Assembly (NCBI GenBank): GCA_044350705.1 | Contig: JBILHA010000001.1 | Span: forward strand, 49,809 to 113,808 | Length of the DNA stretch: 64,000 nt | Reading direction: 5' to 3' | Origin: Candidatus Kapaibacterium sp. | GTDB taxonomy: Bacteria; Patescibacteriota; Patescibacteriia; UBA9934 | In this document: positions 17,966 through 28,135 of the stretch, piece after piece | Position numbering within the stretch: position 1 is the stretch's first letter | Layout: each line of letters opens with the position of its first letter | Notes under the pieces: generated by a model | The model's database searches: none | What the model was told of the DNA's origin: nothing | Seen by the model: only the letters and a program-made list of their open reading frames with translations | Position numbers and translations under genes: made by a program

Positions 17966-19159
17966 ATGGCAGAAGCATTTGTACGTGCAAAGCCGCACGT
18001 AAACGTGGGTACCATTGGTCACGTTGACCACGGTAAGACCACCACGACTGCAGCTCTTACCGCAGTATCCGCAGCACGCGGTCTTGGTAAGGTTAAGTCC
18101 TACGCAGATATTGCGAAGGGTGGAACGGTTCGTGATGCATCTAAGATCGTTACCATTTCTACTTCTCACGTAGAATACTCTTCTGATAAGCGTCACTACG
18201 CTCACGTTGACTGTCCAGGTCATGCTGACTACGTAAAGAACATGATCACCGGTGCTGCTCAGATGGATGCAGCTATCTTGGTTGTTTCTGCTGCTGACGG
18301 TCCAATGCCTCAGACGCGTGAACACATTCTTCTTGCTCGTCAGGTTGGTGTTCCTTACATCGTTGTTTTCCTTAACAAGGTTGACCTTGTTGACGATCCA
18401 GAGCTTTTGGACCTCGTTGAACAGGAAATCCGTGATCTTTTGAACAAGTATAAGTTCCCTGGAGATACCACCCCAATTGTTCGTGGTTCTGCTTCCAAGG
18501 CTCTTGAAAACCCTGGAGATGCTGAAGCTTCCAAGTGTATCGTTGATCTTATCAACGCTCTTGATGAATACGTTCCAGATCCAGTTCGTGAAACCGACAA
18601 GCCATTCCTTATGGCTGTTGAAGATGTCTTCTCTATTGAAGGCCGTGGTACCGTTGCAACCGGTCGTATCGAACGTGGTCAGGTAAAGATCAACGATGAA
18701 GTTGAAATCGTTGGTATCCGCGATACCCAGAAGGTTGTCGTTACGGGTATTGAAATGTTTAACAAGTCTCTTGATTCCGGTATGGCGGGAGACAACGCAG
18801 GTATTCTTCTTCGTGGTATCAAGAAGACGGATATCGAGCGTGGTCAGGTACTTGCAAAGCCAGGTTCCGTTACTCCTCATACCAAGTTTGAGGCTGAAAT
18901 TTACGCTTTGACCAAGGAAGAGGGTGGACGTCACAAGCCATTCTTTAAGGGTTACAAGCCTCAGTTCTACATCCGTACTACGGACGTAACTGGTGAAATT
19001 ACCCTTCCAGAAGGAACCGAAATGGTTATGCCTGGAGACACTGTTAACGCGGTTGTTACCCTTACCAGCACCGCAGCACTTGAAGAAAAGACCCGCTTCG
19101 CTATCCGTGAAGGTGGCCGCACTGTTGGTGCAGGTGTTGTAGTAAAAATTATTGAGTAA
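17966..19159 (+). CDS. tuf: Elongation factor Tu (atypical switch I)
   Basis: [55 protein letters not shown]. Confidence 0.99.
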   Translation: MAEAFVRAKPHVNVGTIGHVDHGKTTTTAALTAVSAARGLGKVKSYADIAKGGTVRDASKIVTISTSHVEYSSDKRHYAHVDCPGHADYVKNMITGAAQMDAAILVVSAADGPMPQTREHILLARQVGVPYIVVFLNKVDLVDDPELLDLVEQEIRDLLNKYKFPGDTTPIVRGSASKALENPGDAEASKCIVDLINALDEYVPDPVRETDKPFLMAVEDVFSIEGRGTVATGRIERGQVKINDEVEIVGIRDTQKVVVTGIEMFNKSLDSGMAGDNAGILLRGIKKTDIERGQVLAKPGSVTPHTKFEAEIYALTKEEGGRHKPFFKGYKPQFYIRTTDVTGEITLPEGTEMVMPGDTVNAVVTLTSTAALEEKTRFAIREGGRTVGAGVVVKIIE

Positions 19160-19222
19160 TGGAAAAGGAAGAGGATCGTGCTCTTTGCACCTCCTCTTCT
19201 TTCCCTTTCGTACCTTCTTTCT

Positions 19223-19564
19223 ATGTCCGACACTTCTAAAGCGCAGAAACACGAAGAAAAAGAGCAGCGCATTCGCATTAAGATCCGTGCATACGATTAC
19301 AAGTTGATCGATGCAGCAACCGTAACGATCATTAATACCGCGAAGCGCAGTGGCGCATCAGTTATTGGTCCCGTACCACTTCCTACCGAGATTCGCCGCT
19401 ATACCGTGAACCGCTCAACGTTCATCGATAAGAAATCTCGTGATCAGTACGAGATGCGTGTCCATAAGCGCATTATCGATATCGTGAACCCAACCGAGCG
19501 TACGATTGATTCTCTTATGAGCCTCAATCTTCCCGCAGGTGTGGACGTGGAAATTAAGATGTAA
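19223..19564 (+). CDS. rpsJ: 30S ribosomal protein S10
   Basis: [34 protein letters not shown]. Confidence 0.98.
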   Translation: MSDTSKAQKHEEKEQRIRIKIRAYDYKLIDAATVTIINTAKRSGASVIGPVPLPTEIRRYTVNRSTFIDKKSRDQYEMRVHKRIIDIVNPTERTIDSLMSLNLPAGVDVEIKM

Positions 19565-19910
19565 TCATCGCGTAAGTCCTTGCGGGCTTGCGCATAGTCG
19601 AAGAGATATTCTTCTCTTCTCCTGTGCGCAGTTCCGCACTGCAGTTCCTATGACGAACCAGAAAGAAAGATTCCACTTTGGAAAAACCTCTCTGCGCTTC
19701 GCACGGAATTCCTCCTGAACAATAAAGCTTGCATTCCATACCATCTTTTCATTATCCCATTGCGTATCTTCACGTTTTGTAAAGATATCTTTGGCGTAGT
19801 TCTGTATACATTTTGTATACATGTGATGGGCTGGAAGCGAATGCTTCCTGCTTTTTGTTCTTACTAAGACTTGATCGTTCCTCTGCGCCATGCGTAAGAA
19901 CGGAGAAAAT

Positions 19911-20531
19911 ATGAAGTATCTTTTGGGAAAAAAGATGCACATGGGCCAGCTCTTTAAAGAGAATGGCAGCATTGTGCCGGTGACATACGTGGAGGTATTG
20001 CCATGTACGGTTGCTGCGATCAAAAAAGATTTGCAGGGTCGTGCAGTTGCTGTTCTTGGTACGGGTGAGGGAAAGAACCTCAATCGTGCGCAAGAAAAGC
20101 AGTTTGCAAACATGGGTCCTTTCGCACGAACCGAGCAGGTTCGCATTGAGGAGGGTTCTGTAGAAGTAGGTACTGTTTTTACCGCAGAAGCATTTGCTCC
20201 TGGTGAAATGGTGAATGCGGTGGGTGTTACGAAGGGTCGTGGTTTCCAGGGTGTCGTTAAGCGCCATGGATTCGGAGGTCATCCGACTACTCACGGTCAC
20301 AAAGATCAGGTTCGTAAGTCCGGTTCCATCGGTGCGGGTGGTATCCAGCGCGTCTTCAAAGGTATGCGTATGGCCGGCCGCATGGGTGGAGATCAGGTTA
20401 CGATCAAGAATTTGGAAGTTATTTCGGTAGATGTAGAAAAGAATCTTGTTGCAGTTAAAGGAGCGCTTCCAGGCGCACGCGGCACGGAAGTGACGTTAAT
20501 GGGTACTGATGGAAACGTATGGCGCAAGTAA
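19911..20531 (+). CDS. rplC: 50S ribosomal protein L3
   Basis: KGRGFQGVVKRHGF, GMRMAGRMG, KGALPG. Confidence 0.98.
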   Translation: MKYLLGKKMHMGQLFKENGSIVPVTYVEVLPCTVAAIKKDLQGRAVAVLGTGEGKNLNRAQEKQFANMGPFARTEQVRIEEGSVEVGTVFTAEAFAPGEMVNAVGVTKGRGFQGVVKRHGFGGHPTTHGHKDQVRKSGSIGAGGIQRVFKGMRMAGRMGGDQVTIKNLEVISVDVEKNLVAVKGALPGARGTEVTLMGTDGNVWRK

Positions 20532-21151
20532 AACTCTATACTTGGCAGGGTGCAGACGCGGGAATGCTTGAGCTTCCTAGCAGTTTGTTCGCGGTTGCAG
20601 TAAAGCCAGCTGTTGTGCACGAGGTTATCGTTGCGCAAGAGGCAAACAGCCGCGTTGTCAGTGCTCACACGAAGGATCGCTCTGAAGTTTCTGGTGGTGG
20701 TAAAAAGCCATGGAAGCAGAAGGGAACAGGTCGTGCTCGTCATGGATCCACTCGTTCTCCTATCTGGGTAGGGGGTGGTGTCGCACATGGTCCTCAGGCA
20801 GATCGTAATTTCTCAAAGAAGGTAAACAAGAAGATGAAGCGCGTAGCTATTGCAATGCTTCTCTCGGATCGTGTTGCCGCTGATGCATTCATTGCGGTGG
20901 ACACCCTTGTTCTTCCTGAAGCAAAGACGAAACTCGTCGCTTCTCTGCGTAAGGCTCTTCCTTGTGCTGAGAAGAATGCGCTCGTTATTCTTGGTTCTTC
21001 TGAACAGGCAATGCAGCGTGCAATTCGCAATCTTGCGAATACCCAAGCAATTGGTGCACGCAGCGTAAATCCTCGTGATCTTGCAAAATTTGGTGCAGTT
21101 ATTGCATCGAAGGCTGCTATTGCTGAAATGGAAGAGACGTTTACCGGCTAA
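20519..21151 (+). CDS. rplD: 50S ribosomal protein L4
   Basis: VSGGGKKPWKQKGTGRARHGS. Confidence 0.98.
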   Translation: MAQVKLYTWQGADAGMLELPSSLFAVAVKPAVVHEVIVAQEANSRVVSAHTKDRSEVSGGGKKPWKQKGTGRARHGSTRSPIWVGGGVAHGPQADRNFSKKVNKKMKRVAIAMLLSDRVAADAFIAVDTLVLPEAKTKLVASLRKALPCAEKNALVILGSSEQAMQRAIRNLANTQAIGARSVNPRDLAKFGAVIASKAAIAEMEETFTG

Positions 21152-21157
21152 TGTCTT

Positions 21158-21511
21158 ATGCCCGCAACGAAAAAAACTACAAAAAAAGTTGAGCAGGAAG
21201 TAAAGCGCTCTACGAAAGCTCTTTCAGAGCTTGCACGTACGGTTGCTCTTTCTCCTCTCATGACCGAGAAGGCCGCTCATCTTTCCGGATCCTCTGTGTA
21301 CGCATTCCGTGTTGCAGTTGATGCAAACCGTGTTGCCGTGCGACAGGCGTTTAAAGAAATGTATGGCATTTTGCCTACTCGTGTGAATATTGTGCGTGTA
21401 CATGGGAAAGAAAAGCGCTTTGGCCGTACTCTTTCTCGTCAGTCTGACTGGAAGAAGGCATATGTTGCCATTCCTTCCGGCACTACTCTTGATCTCTTTG
21501 CCACGGCCTAA
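21158..21511 (+). CDS. rplW: 50S ribosomal protein L23
   Basis: PLMTEKA, WKKAYV; operon position. Confidence 0.96.
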   Translation: MPATKKTTKKVEQEVKRSTKALSELARTVALSPLMTEKAAHLSGSSVYAFRVAVDANRVAVRQAFKEMYGILPTRVNIVRVHGKEKRFGRTLSRQSDWKKAYVAIPSGTTLDLFATA

Positions 21512-21519
21512 CATTATCT

Positions 21520-22371
21520 ATGCCGACGAAAATTTATAAACCAACATCTGCCGGCCGCCGCAATTCTAGCGTGCAGCTGTTTACTGATGTTACGGCAAAG
21601 ACTCCTTACAAAAAGCTTGTTGTGGCGCAGAAGCAGCAGGCTGGACGTGGTGCAGGTGGAAAAATCACCGTGCGTCATCGTGGAGGTGGAGCTCGCCGCC
21701 ATATTCGTGTGATTGACTGGAAGATGGATAAACTCTCCGTTCCAGGAAAAGTACAGACGATCGAATATGATCCAAATCGTGGTGCGCGTATTGCTCTTAT
21801 TGCATACGCTGACGGCGAAAAGCGCTACGTTCTTGCGGCGCATGGATTGCAGGTAGGCTCTACGATTGTTTCTTCTCAGGAGCGTGGTGAGCCAAATGCA
21901 GGAAGTCGTTTCCCGCTTGAAAAAATTCCTGTAGGTATGGAGGTGTTCAATATTGAACTCCAGCCAGGACAGGGAGGAAAGGTAGTGCGTGGTGCAGGCG
22001 CTTCCGCAATGCTTCTTGCAGTGGAAGGTGACTATGCAACGCTGAAGATGCCATCTGGTGAAGTGCGCATGGTGCCCAAGGCATGCATGGCGACTATCGG
22101 ACGTGTTTCTAACCCTGATTGGAATCAAGTACGTTGGGGTAAGGCAGGTCGTATGCGTCATAAGAGTATTCGTCCAACCGTGCGTGGTAAGGCGATGAAC
22201 CCGGTTGATCACCCACACGGAGGTGGTGAAGGTCGTAACGCAATTGGTCTCAAGTATGCAAAGACTCCACAAGGTAAGCATGCTCACGGCGTGAAGACGC
22301 GTTTGTCCAAGAAGCCTTCTAATAAATTCATCGTTCGCCGCCGCAACCATGATAAGGGCCGCACTGCATAA
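21520..22371 (+). CDS. rplB: 50S ribosomal protein L2
   Basis: IEYDPNR, RPTVRGKAMNPVDHPHGGGEG. Confidence 0.99.
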   Translation: MPTKIYKPTSAGRRNSSVQLFTDVTAKTPYKKLVVAQKQQAGRGAGGKITVRHRGGGARRHIRVIDWKMDKLSVPGKVQTIEYDPNRGARIALIAYADGEKRYVLAAHGLQVGSTIVSSQERGEPNAGSRFPLEKIPVGMEVFNIELQPGQGGKVVRGAGASAMLLAVEGDYATLKMPSGEVRMVPKACMATIGRVSNPDWNQVRWGKAGRMRHKSIRPTVRGKAMNPVDHPHGGGEGRNAIGLKYAKTPQGKHAHGVKTRLSKKPSNKFIVRRRNHDKGRTA

Positions 22372-22377
22372 AGATCT

Positions 22378-22686
22378 ATGACTCGTAGTTTAAAAAAGGG
22401 GCCATTCATTGCTCCTCATCTTGCAAAGAAAGTTGCAAAGCTCCGCCCAGGTGACAAAACGGTGGTCAAGACGTGGTCTCGCGCCTCTTCTATCACTCCA
22501 GCAATGGTTGGATTCACCTTCGCGGTACATAACGGAAAGGATTTCATCCAAGTACGTGTTGTTGAAAATATGGTTGGACACAAGCTCGGTGAGTTTGCTC
22601 CAACGCGTAAATTTGTTCGTCACGCCGGTAAGACCGCTGCAGCTGCAGCTCCTGCCGCAGCAGCAACAAATAAGGTAAGTCGCTAA
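22378..22686 (+). CDS. rpsS: 30S ribosomal protein S19
   Basis: [21 protein letters not shown]. Confidence 0.98.
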   Translation: MTRSLKKGPFIAPHLAKKVAKLRPGDKTVVKTWSRASSITPAMVGFTFAVHNGKDFIQVRVVENMVGHKLGEFAPTRKFVRHAGKTAAAAAPAAAATNKVSR

Positions 22687-22696
22687 TTCATCTTCT

Positions 22697-23047
22697 ATGG
22701 AAGCTATTGCTAAGGCAAAACACATCCGCATCGCTCCACGCAAGACTCGTCTTGTCGTGGGATTGATCCGCGGACTTGCGATCTCAGAAGCTCGCAAGCA
22801 ACTTCTTCTTTCCAAGAAGGCGGCGGCTAAGCCAGTGCTCAAAGCACTTGATTCTGCTGTTGCAAACGCTGAACACAATTTGAAGCTTGATGCTTCTTCA
22901 TTCGTGGTTACGCGTGCGCAGGTTGACGAAGGTATTAAGATTAAGCGTTTCACTCCTCGTGCGCAGGGTCGGGCAACTCCGATTCGTTTGCGCAGCTCCC
23001 ACATCACGATTGGTGTAGGTCCGAAGACGGTGAAAGCGAAGAAATAA
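22697..23047 (+). CDS. rplV: 50S ribosomal protein L22
   Basis: APRKTRLV, SAVANAEHN, PRAQGRA, SHITI. Confidence 0.98.
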   Translation: MEAIAKAKHIRIAPRKTRLVVGLIRGLAISEARKQLLLSKKAAAKPVLKALDSAVANAEHNLKLDASSFVVTRAQVDEGIKIKRFTPRAQGRATPIRLRSSHITIGVGPKTVKAKK

Positions 23048-23057
23048 GCAAATTCCT

Positions 23058-23810
23058 ATGGGTCACAAAGTCCATCCAAAAGTATTTCGCTTGAACACCG
23101 TCTTCACTTGGGATTCCAAGTGGTTTGCGCGCGGACGTCAGTTCGTCACGCAACTTCAAGAGGATGTTGAGCTCCGCGCATTTCTTCGAAAGGCGCTTAA
23201 AGATGCGGGTTTGAACGATATCGCTATCGAACGAACTCCTAAGCACGTTACGATTACGCTTCGCGCTGCAAAGCCTGGTGTCATCATTGGTCGTCAGGGT
23301 GCGGGTATCGAAGATCTCAAGAAAAAGCTTATGCTTACCTTCTACCGAGGTCGTCGCGTTACCCTCAATCTCAACGTACAAGAGGTTGCAAATCCTGCTC
23401 TTGCTGCATCGGTAGTCGGTCAGCAGATTGCTCAGGATCTTGAAAAGCGCATGCCATTCCGTCGCTCCATGAAGATGACGATTGAGCGTGTGATGAAGGC
23501 TGGGGCAAAGGGTGTGAAAATCACCGTTTCCGGTCGTCTCAACGGTGCGGAAATTGCTCGTACCGAAACTCTTTCACAGGGAAGTATTCCTCTCCATAAC
23601 CTTCGTGCTGATATCGATTTTGCACGTGAACGTGCAAATACGGTGTACGGCGTGATCGGTATTAAAGTATGGATCTATCGTGGTGATGTTTTTGAAGGAG
23701 AACAGCGCACGGAACCTGCAGCGCAATCCGCAGAGCAGGGTGGACGAGATCGTCATGGTGATCGCCGTGGTGGTCGTCGATCCGGAGGAGCTTCTTCATT
23801 CCGCAAATAA
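23058..23810 (+). CDS. rpsC: 30S ribosomal protein S3
   Basis: MGHKVHP, KPGVIIGRQG, GRLNGAEIAR, GIKVWIY. Confidence 0.98.
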   Translation: MGHKVHPKVFRLNTVFTWDSKWFARGRQFVTQLQEDVELRAFLRKALKDAGLNDIAIERTPKHVTITLRAAKPGVIIGRQGAGIEDLKKKLMLTFYRGRRVTLNLNVQEVANPALAASVVGQQIAQDLEKRMPFRRSMKMTIERVMKAGAKGVKITVSGRLNGAEIARTETLSQGSIPLHNLRADIDFARERANTVYGVIGIKVWIYRGDVFEGEQRTEPAAQSAEQGGRDRHGDRRGGRRSGGASSFRK

Positions 23811-23820
23811 CTGAAGCCTT

Positions 23821-24234
23821 ATGTTGATGCCTAAGAAAATGAAGCACCGCAAGTGGCATAAGCGCCATAAGCAGGGTGATCGCGTAGCTACGCAGAAGGT
23901 TGATGTCGCTTTTGGAACGTATGGCTTGAAGGCCATTACTGAAGCATGGGTTACTGCTCGCCAGATTGAGGCAGCTCGCCGTGCAATGACTCGTTCCATT
24001 AAGCGTGGCGGAAAAATCTGGATTCGTATTTTCCCTGATCATCCCGTTACTAACCACGGCGCTGAAGCTCCGATGGGTAAAGGTAAGGGTGGCGTTGATT
24101 ACTTTATGACTCCTGTGCGTGCCGGAACCGTTATGTTCGAAATGGACGGTGTAACGGAAGAAGTCGCACGTGAAGCACTTCGTCTTGCGGCATATAAGTT
24201 GCCTATGAAGACGAAGATCATTGCTCGAACGTAA
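23821..24234 (+). CDS. rplP: 50S ribosomal protein L16
   Basis: MLMPKK, QIEAAR, WIRIFPD, MGKGKG. Confidence 0.98.
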   Translation: MLMPKKMKHRKWHKRHKQGDRVATQKVDVAFGTYGLKAITEAWVTARQIEAARRAMTRSIKRGGKIWIRIFPDHPVTNHGAEAPMGKGKGGVDYFMTPVRAGTVMFEMDGVTEEVAREALRLAAYKLPMKTKIIART

Positions 24235-24235
24235 T

Positions 24236-24436
24236 ATGCGCTTTAAAGAATTACTCCAAAAAGATCTTTCCGAACTTCGCTCCATGCGTGGTGATCTCCA
24301 GGTCAAGCTTGAACAGCTTACCCGTCAGCTCACGGTGCGTGGCGTAAAGAACGTGCGTGAAATTCGCGTACTTCGAAAAGATATCGCTCGTATCGAGACG
24401 CGTATTACCGCGCTCTCAAGCGCATCTCGCGCATAA
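24236..24436 (+). CDS. rpmC: 50S ribosomal protein L29
   Basis: IRVLRKDIARIET; operon position. Confidence 0.93.
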   Translation: MRFKELLQKDLSELRSMRGDLQVKLEQLTRQLTVRGVKNVREIRVLRKDIARIETRITALSSASRA

Positions 24437-24442
24437 CCTTGT

Positions 24443-24703
24443 ATGACGACTAAGACTCAAGAAAAATCAACCACCCGCCGCCGCCTCAATGGTGTTGTCA
24501 CTTCTGCGAAGATGACTAAGACCGTATCGGTGCAGGTAGATCGCACGGTTCTCCATGCGAAATATCAGAAGCGCTACGCGGTGAGTAAGAAGTATCTTGC
24601 CCACAATGAACTCGAAGGAGTGCAGGTAGGGGATAAGGTGATTATTGAAGAGACCCGCCCACTTTCTGCGCAAAAGCGCTGGCGTGTGGTTGCGAAGGCC
24701 TAA
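24443..24703 (+). CDS. rpsQ: 30S ribosomal protein S17
   Basis: [24 protein letters not shown]. Confidence 0.97.
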   Translation: MTTKTQEKSTTRRRLNGVVTSAKMTKTVSVQVDRTVLHAKYQKRYAVSKKYLAHNELEGVQVGDKVIIEETRPLSAQKRWRVVAKA

Positions 24704-24712
24704 TAACAACCT

Positions 24713-25084
24713 ATGCTACAACATCGATCCATGATCGCGGTGGCTGATAACTCTGGCGCAAAAAAGCTCCAAGTTATCCGTGTCCACGGCGGCTATAAGA
24801 AACGCTATGCGCGTTTGGGGGATGTGGTGACCGCGGTCGTAAAAGAGGCTGCTCCCCACAATCCTGTGAAGAAAAGTGACGTGGTACATGTGGTAATTGT
24901 TCGTACGCGCAAGGAAACTCGCCGTGCTGACGGTTCCTACATTCGTTTCGACGAAAATGCTGGCGTCATTATTACGAAAAATACTAAGGATCCAAAAGGA
25001 ACGCGTATCTTTGGACCTATTGCTCGCGAAGTGCGTGCAGCAGGATTCAATAAGATCGTTTCTCTTGCTCCCGAAGTGCTCTAA
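24713..25084 (+). CDS. rplN: 50S ribosomal protein L14
   Basis: [24 protein letters not shown]. Confidence 0.99.
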   Translation: MLQHRSMIAVADNSGAKKLQVIRVHGGYKKRYARLGDVVTAVVKEAAPHNPVKKSDVVHVVIVRTRKETRRADGSYIRFDENAGVIITKNTKDPKGTRIFGPIAREVRAAGFNKIVSLAPEVL

Positions 25085-25093
25085 GACTCCTTT

Positions 25094-25429
25094 ATGAACG
25101 CAAAGATGAAAATCAAGGTTGGCGATGTCGTGCGTGTCATGGTAGGACGCGCGAAAGAGCAAGGAGGCGATCGCGGTAAGGAGGGGAAGGTCATCCAAGT
25201 CTTCCCAGAACTCCGCACCGTCGTGGTAGAAGGTGTTCGCAGCCGCACGAAGCACGTGAAGGCTCGCGGAGAACAGAAAGGACAGAAGGTACAATTTTTC
25301 GCTCCCATTCCTGCAGCTAATGTTTCCCTCGTAGGAAAGAATGGCACCGGTCGAGTAGGATTTGAGCTGAAAGATGGCAAGAAGACGCGTGTGCTTCGTG
25401 CAAAGAAAAAGGTTGAACAGCTTGGCTAA
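25094..25429 (+). CDS. rplX: 50S ribosomal protein L24
   Basis: IKVGDVVRVMVG KOW motif, VVVEGV, API. Confidence 0.95.
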   Translation: MNAKMKIKVGDVVRVMVGRAKEQGGDRGKEGKVIQVFPELRTVVVEGVRSRTKHVKARGEQKGQKVQFFAPIPAANVSLVGKNGTGRVGFELKDGKKTRVLRAKKKVEQLG

Positions 25430-25432
25430 TGT

Positions 25433-25981
25433 ATGTCTATTCTCAAAGAAAAATTTCAGACTGGCGTTGCAGAGACCTTGCGTTCTACCTTTGGCCTCAA
25501 AAACGTGCATGAGACTCCTCGTATCCTCAAGGTCACTCTCAACGCACGTGTAGGTAAGGGACGTGACGCAAAATTTGCAGACATCATTGTTGATACCCTT
25601 CGTCGTATTACTGGTCAGCAGCCAGTAAAGACGACTGCCCGTAAATCCATCGCAGGTTTTAAAATCCGTGAAGGCATGGTGCTGGGTGCAAAGGTGACTT
25701 TGCGCGGCAATCAGATGTGGCACTTCCTTGATAAGCTCACCAACGTGGCATTTGCTCGTATCCGTGACTTCCGTGGAATTCCTGAATCTGCTGTTGATCG
25801 CGATGGTAATTTCAACTTCGGTTTTACCGAGCACACCGCTTTTCCTGAGGTGCGCCCAGACGAAGTAGAATCACTTCATGGTTTGCAGATTACGATCACG
25901 ACAAATGCAGGTTCTCATGAGCGTGGCCTCGCTTTGCTCAAGGGACTCGGGTTCCCCTTTGTTTCCAAGTCATCTAAGTAA
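25433..25981 (+). CDS. rplE: 50S ribosomal protein L5
   Basis: ITGQQP, KSIAGFKIREG, RIRDFRG. Confidence 0.98.
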   Translation: MSILKEKFQTGVAETLRSTFGLKNVHETPRILKVTLNARVGKGRDAKFADIIVDTLRRITGQQPVKTTARKSIAGFKIREGMVLGAKVTLRGNQMWHFLDKLTNVAFARIRDFRGIPESAVDRDGNFNFGFTEHTAFPEVRPDEVESLHGLQITITTNAGSHERGLALLKGLGFPFVSKSSK

Positions 25982-25984
25982 AGT

Positions 25985-26170
25985 ATGGCGACACAAAATC
26001 AAATTGCGAAGTCGCAAAAGACTCCAAAGTTTTCTACGCGTATTAACCTACGCTGCTGGAAATGTGGTCGTAAGCGTTTCTTCATGCGCAAATTCGGTCT
26101 CTGCCGTATCTGCTTCCGTGAGCTTGCAAACGTCGGTGAGATCCCTGGTATTCGTAAGGCTAGCTGGTAA
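25985..26170 (+). CDS. rpsN: 30S ribosomal protein S14, zinc-binding type
   Basis: RCWKCGR...CRICFRE, PGIRKASW. Confidence 0.98.
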   Translation: MATQNQIAKSQKTPKFSTRINLRCWKCGRKRFFMRKFGLCRICFRELANVGEIPGIRKASW

Positions 26171-26175
26171 ATCCT

Positions 26176-26574
26176 ATGATGACCGATCCAATTTCCGACA
26201 TGCTCACTCGTGTGCGTAATGCTGCTATGGCACGTGCACACGTAGTGGAAATGCCAATGTCGAAGATGAAATTCGCTATTGCGAAAATCCTCGAATCTCG
26301 TGGGTATCTTACTGCCGTAGAAACCGTTACAGACAAGAATACTTCTCGCGAAGTACTGCGTCTTACGCTTGCTTACGCAGAAGGCATGCCTATTGTTTCT
26401 GACTTGAAGCGCATTAGTAAGCCAGGCCGACGCGTTTACATTAAGGCGGATGATCTTCGCCCTGTACGCTCAGGATATGGTGTTTCCATCGTCTCTACTC
26501 CAAATGGATTGATGACGGGAGATGATGCGCGCAAGCGCCGCCTTGGAGGTGAACTTATTTGCGAAGTCTACTAA
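26176..26574 (+). CDS. rpsH: 30S ribosomal protein S8
   Basis: DPISDMLTRVRN, ISKPGRRVY, GGELIC. Confidence 0.98.
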   Translation: MMTDPISDMLTRVRNAAMARAHVVEMPMSKMKFAIAKILESRGYLTAVETVTDKNTSREVLRLTLAYAEGMPIVSDLKRISKPGRRVYIKADDLRPVRSGYGVSIVSTPNGLMTGDDARKRRLGGELICEVY

Positions 26575-26583
26575 AAGAGTCTT

Positions 26584-27138
26584 ATGTCTCGTATTGGAAA
26601 AAAGCCGGTTGTCCTTCCACAGGGCATTACCGCAACGGTTGCGGACGCAGCCGTGACCGTGAAAGGTCCCAAGGGAGAGTTGACGCTTGCGGTGCATCCT
26701 CATGCACACGTCGTGCTTCGTGATGAAGAAGGGGTATCTGCACTTCATGTAAGCGTTGATGATCCTGAAAAGGATGATCGTGCAATCTGGGGTACGATGC
26801 GCGCCCTTTTAGCACAAATGGTAAGTGGTGTTTCTGAAGGTTTTCAAAAGTCACTTGAGCTCAACGGCGTTGGTTTCAAGATGAACCTTAATGGTAACAA
26901 GCTTACTTTCTCTGTTGGTTTCTCTCATGATATTACGTACGAACTTCCTGCGGGAGTTTCTGCAAAGATTGAGGGAAGCGTGCTTACTCTTGCGGGTGCT
27001 GATGCACAGGCGGTAGGACGTGTAGCGGCGGAGATCCGTGCATTTAAAAAGCCTGAACCTTATAAGGGCAAGGGATTCCGTTATACGGATGAAATTGTTC
27101 GTCGTAAGGCGGGTAAGGCTGCAAAGGGTGATAAATAA
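26584..27138 (+). CDS. rplF: 50S ribosomal protein L6
   Basis: MSRIGKKP, VKGPKG, PEPYKGKG. Confidence 0.98.
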   Translation: MSRIGKKPVVLPQGITATVADAAVTVKGPKGELTLAVHPHAHVVLRDEEGVSALHVSVDDPEKDDRAIWGTMRALLAQMVSGVSEGFQKSLELNGVGFKMNLNGNKLTFSVGFSHDITYELPAGVSAKIEGSVLTLAGADAQAVGRVAAEIRAFKKPEPYKGKGFRYTDEIVRRKAGKAAKGDK

Positions 27139-27144
27139 TGTTTT

Positions 27145-27501
27145 ATGACGAAGAAAGAAATTCAAGCAAAGCGCGCTCGTTCAGAGCGTCGCGCAGCTCG
27201 TGTCCGCGCAGTTATTCGCGGCACTGCAGAACGCCCACGTTTGTCGGTGTTCCGTTCTCAAAAACATATTTCCGCCCAGGTTATTGATGACGTTGCAGGT
27301 CGCACCTTGGTTTCTGCACAGGATCTTAAACTTGAGAAGCTTTCTCCTTTGGAGCGCGCTCAGCAAGTGGGAAAGCTTGTTGCAGAGAGTGCAAAGAAAG
27401 CAGGCATTACGACGGTCGTTTTCGATCGTGGAGCATACTTGTTCCATGGTCGTGTAAAGGCGCTCGCAGAGGCTGCTCGTGAGGCTGGTCTTCAATTCTA
27501 A
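27145..27501 (+). CDS. rplR: 50S ribosomal protein L18
   Basis: [25 protein letters not shown]. Confidence 0.98.
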   Translation: MTKKEIQAKRARSERRAARVRAVIRGTAERPRLSVFRSQKHISAQVIDDVAGRTLVSAQDLKLEKLSPLERAQQVGKLVAESAKKAGITTVVFDRGAYLFHGRVKALAEAAREAGLQF

Positions 27502-27505
27502 TCCT

Positions 27506-28126
27506 ATGGCAGAACAAGAAAACATTCAGAATGCAGCTCCTGCAACGCAGGCTGCAGCTCCTCAAGCTGGTGGTTTCCAGCGAGGTAACGATCGCCGTGG
27601 TGGTCGTGGACAGGGTGGGCAACGTGGCGGTGGTCGTGGAGACCGTCGTGGCGGCCGTTCTCAGGAGCGTGACCCTCGTGAATTTGAACAGAAGACGCTT
27701 GAGCTTTCTCGCGTTACCCGTGTGACCAAGGGTGGTAAGCGCATGCGCTTCCGCGCGACGGTTGTTGTGGGTGACAAGAAGGGTCGTGTAGGCTTCGGAG
27801 TGGCAAAGGGCGCTGACGTGGCTATGGCGCTTGATAAAGCGTCACGTCAAGCAAAGAAGCGCTTAGTGCAGGTTCCTTTGCATAAGGGAACAATTCCTCA
27901 CGAGGTTGCTGCTAAGTTTGGTGCTGCAATGGTGATCATTAAGCCAGCTCCACAAGGTACTGGACTTAAGAGCGGTGGTCCTGCACGTATCGTGCTTGAA
28001 CTTGCCGGAGTACCGAATGCGGTTTCCAAGATTCTTGGTGGTAAGAATAAGATTAACAACGTAAAAGCTGCATTTGCTGCGCTGAAAATGTTGCGCAAAG
28101 AGAAGGCTTCTACGCCTTCCGCATAA
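27506..28126 (+). CDS. rpsE: 30S ribosomal protein S5 with RGG-rich N-terminal extension
   Basis: RVTRVTKGGKR, VVVGDKKGRVG, PAPQGTG. Confidence 0.98.
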   Translation: MAEQENIQNAAPATQAAAPQAGGFQRGNDRRGGRGQGGQRGGGRGDRRGGRSQERDPREFEQKTLELSRVTRVTKGGKRMRFRATVVVGDKKGRVGFGVAKGADVAMALDKASRQAKKRLVQVPLHKGTIPHEVAAKFGAAMVIIKPAPQGTGLKSGGPARIVLELAGVPNAVSKILGGKNKINNVKAAFAALKMLRKEKASTPSA

Positions 28127-28135
28127 TCCTCTTCT

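Noticed and set aside
17906-19252. 448-aa antisense ORF over tuf (similar ones over rplB, aspS, leuS)
   Set aside because: Shadow frames produced by codon bias of the sense genes
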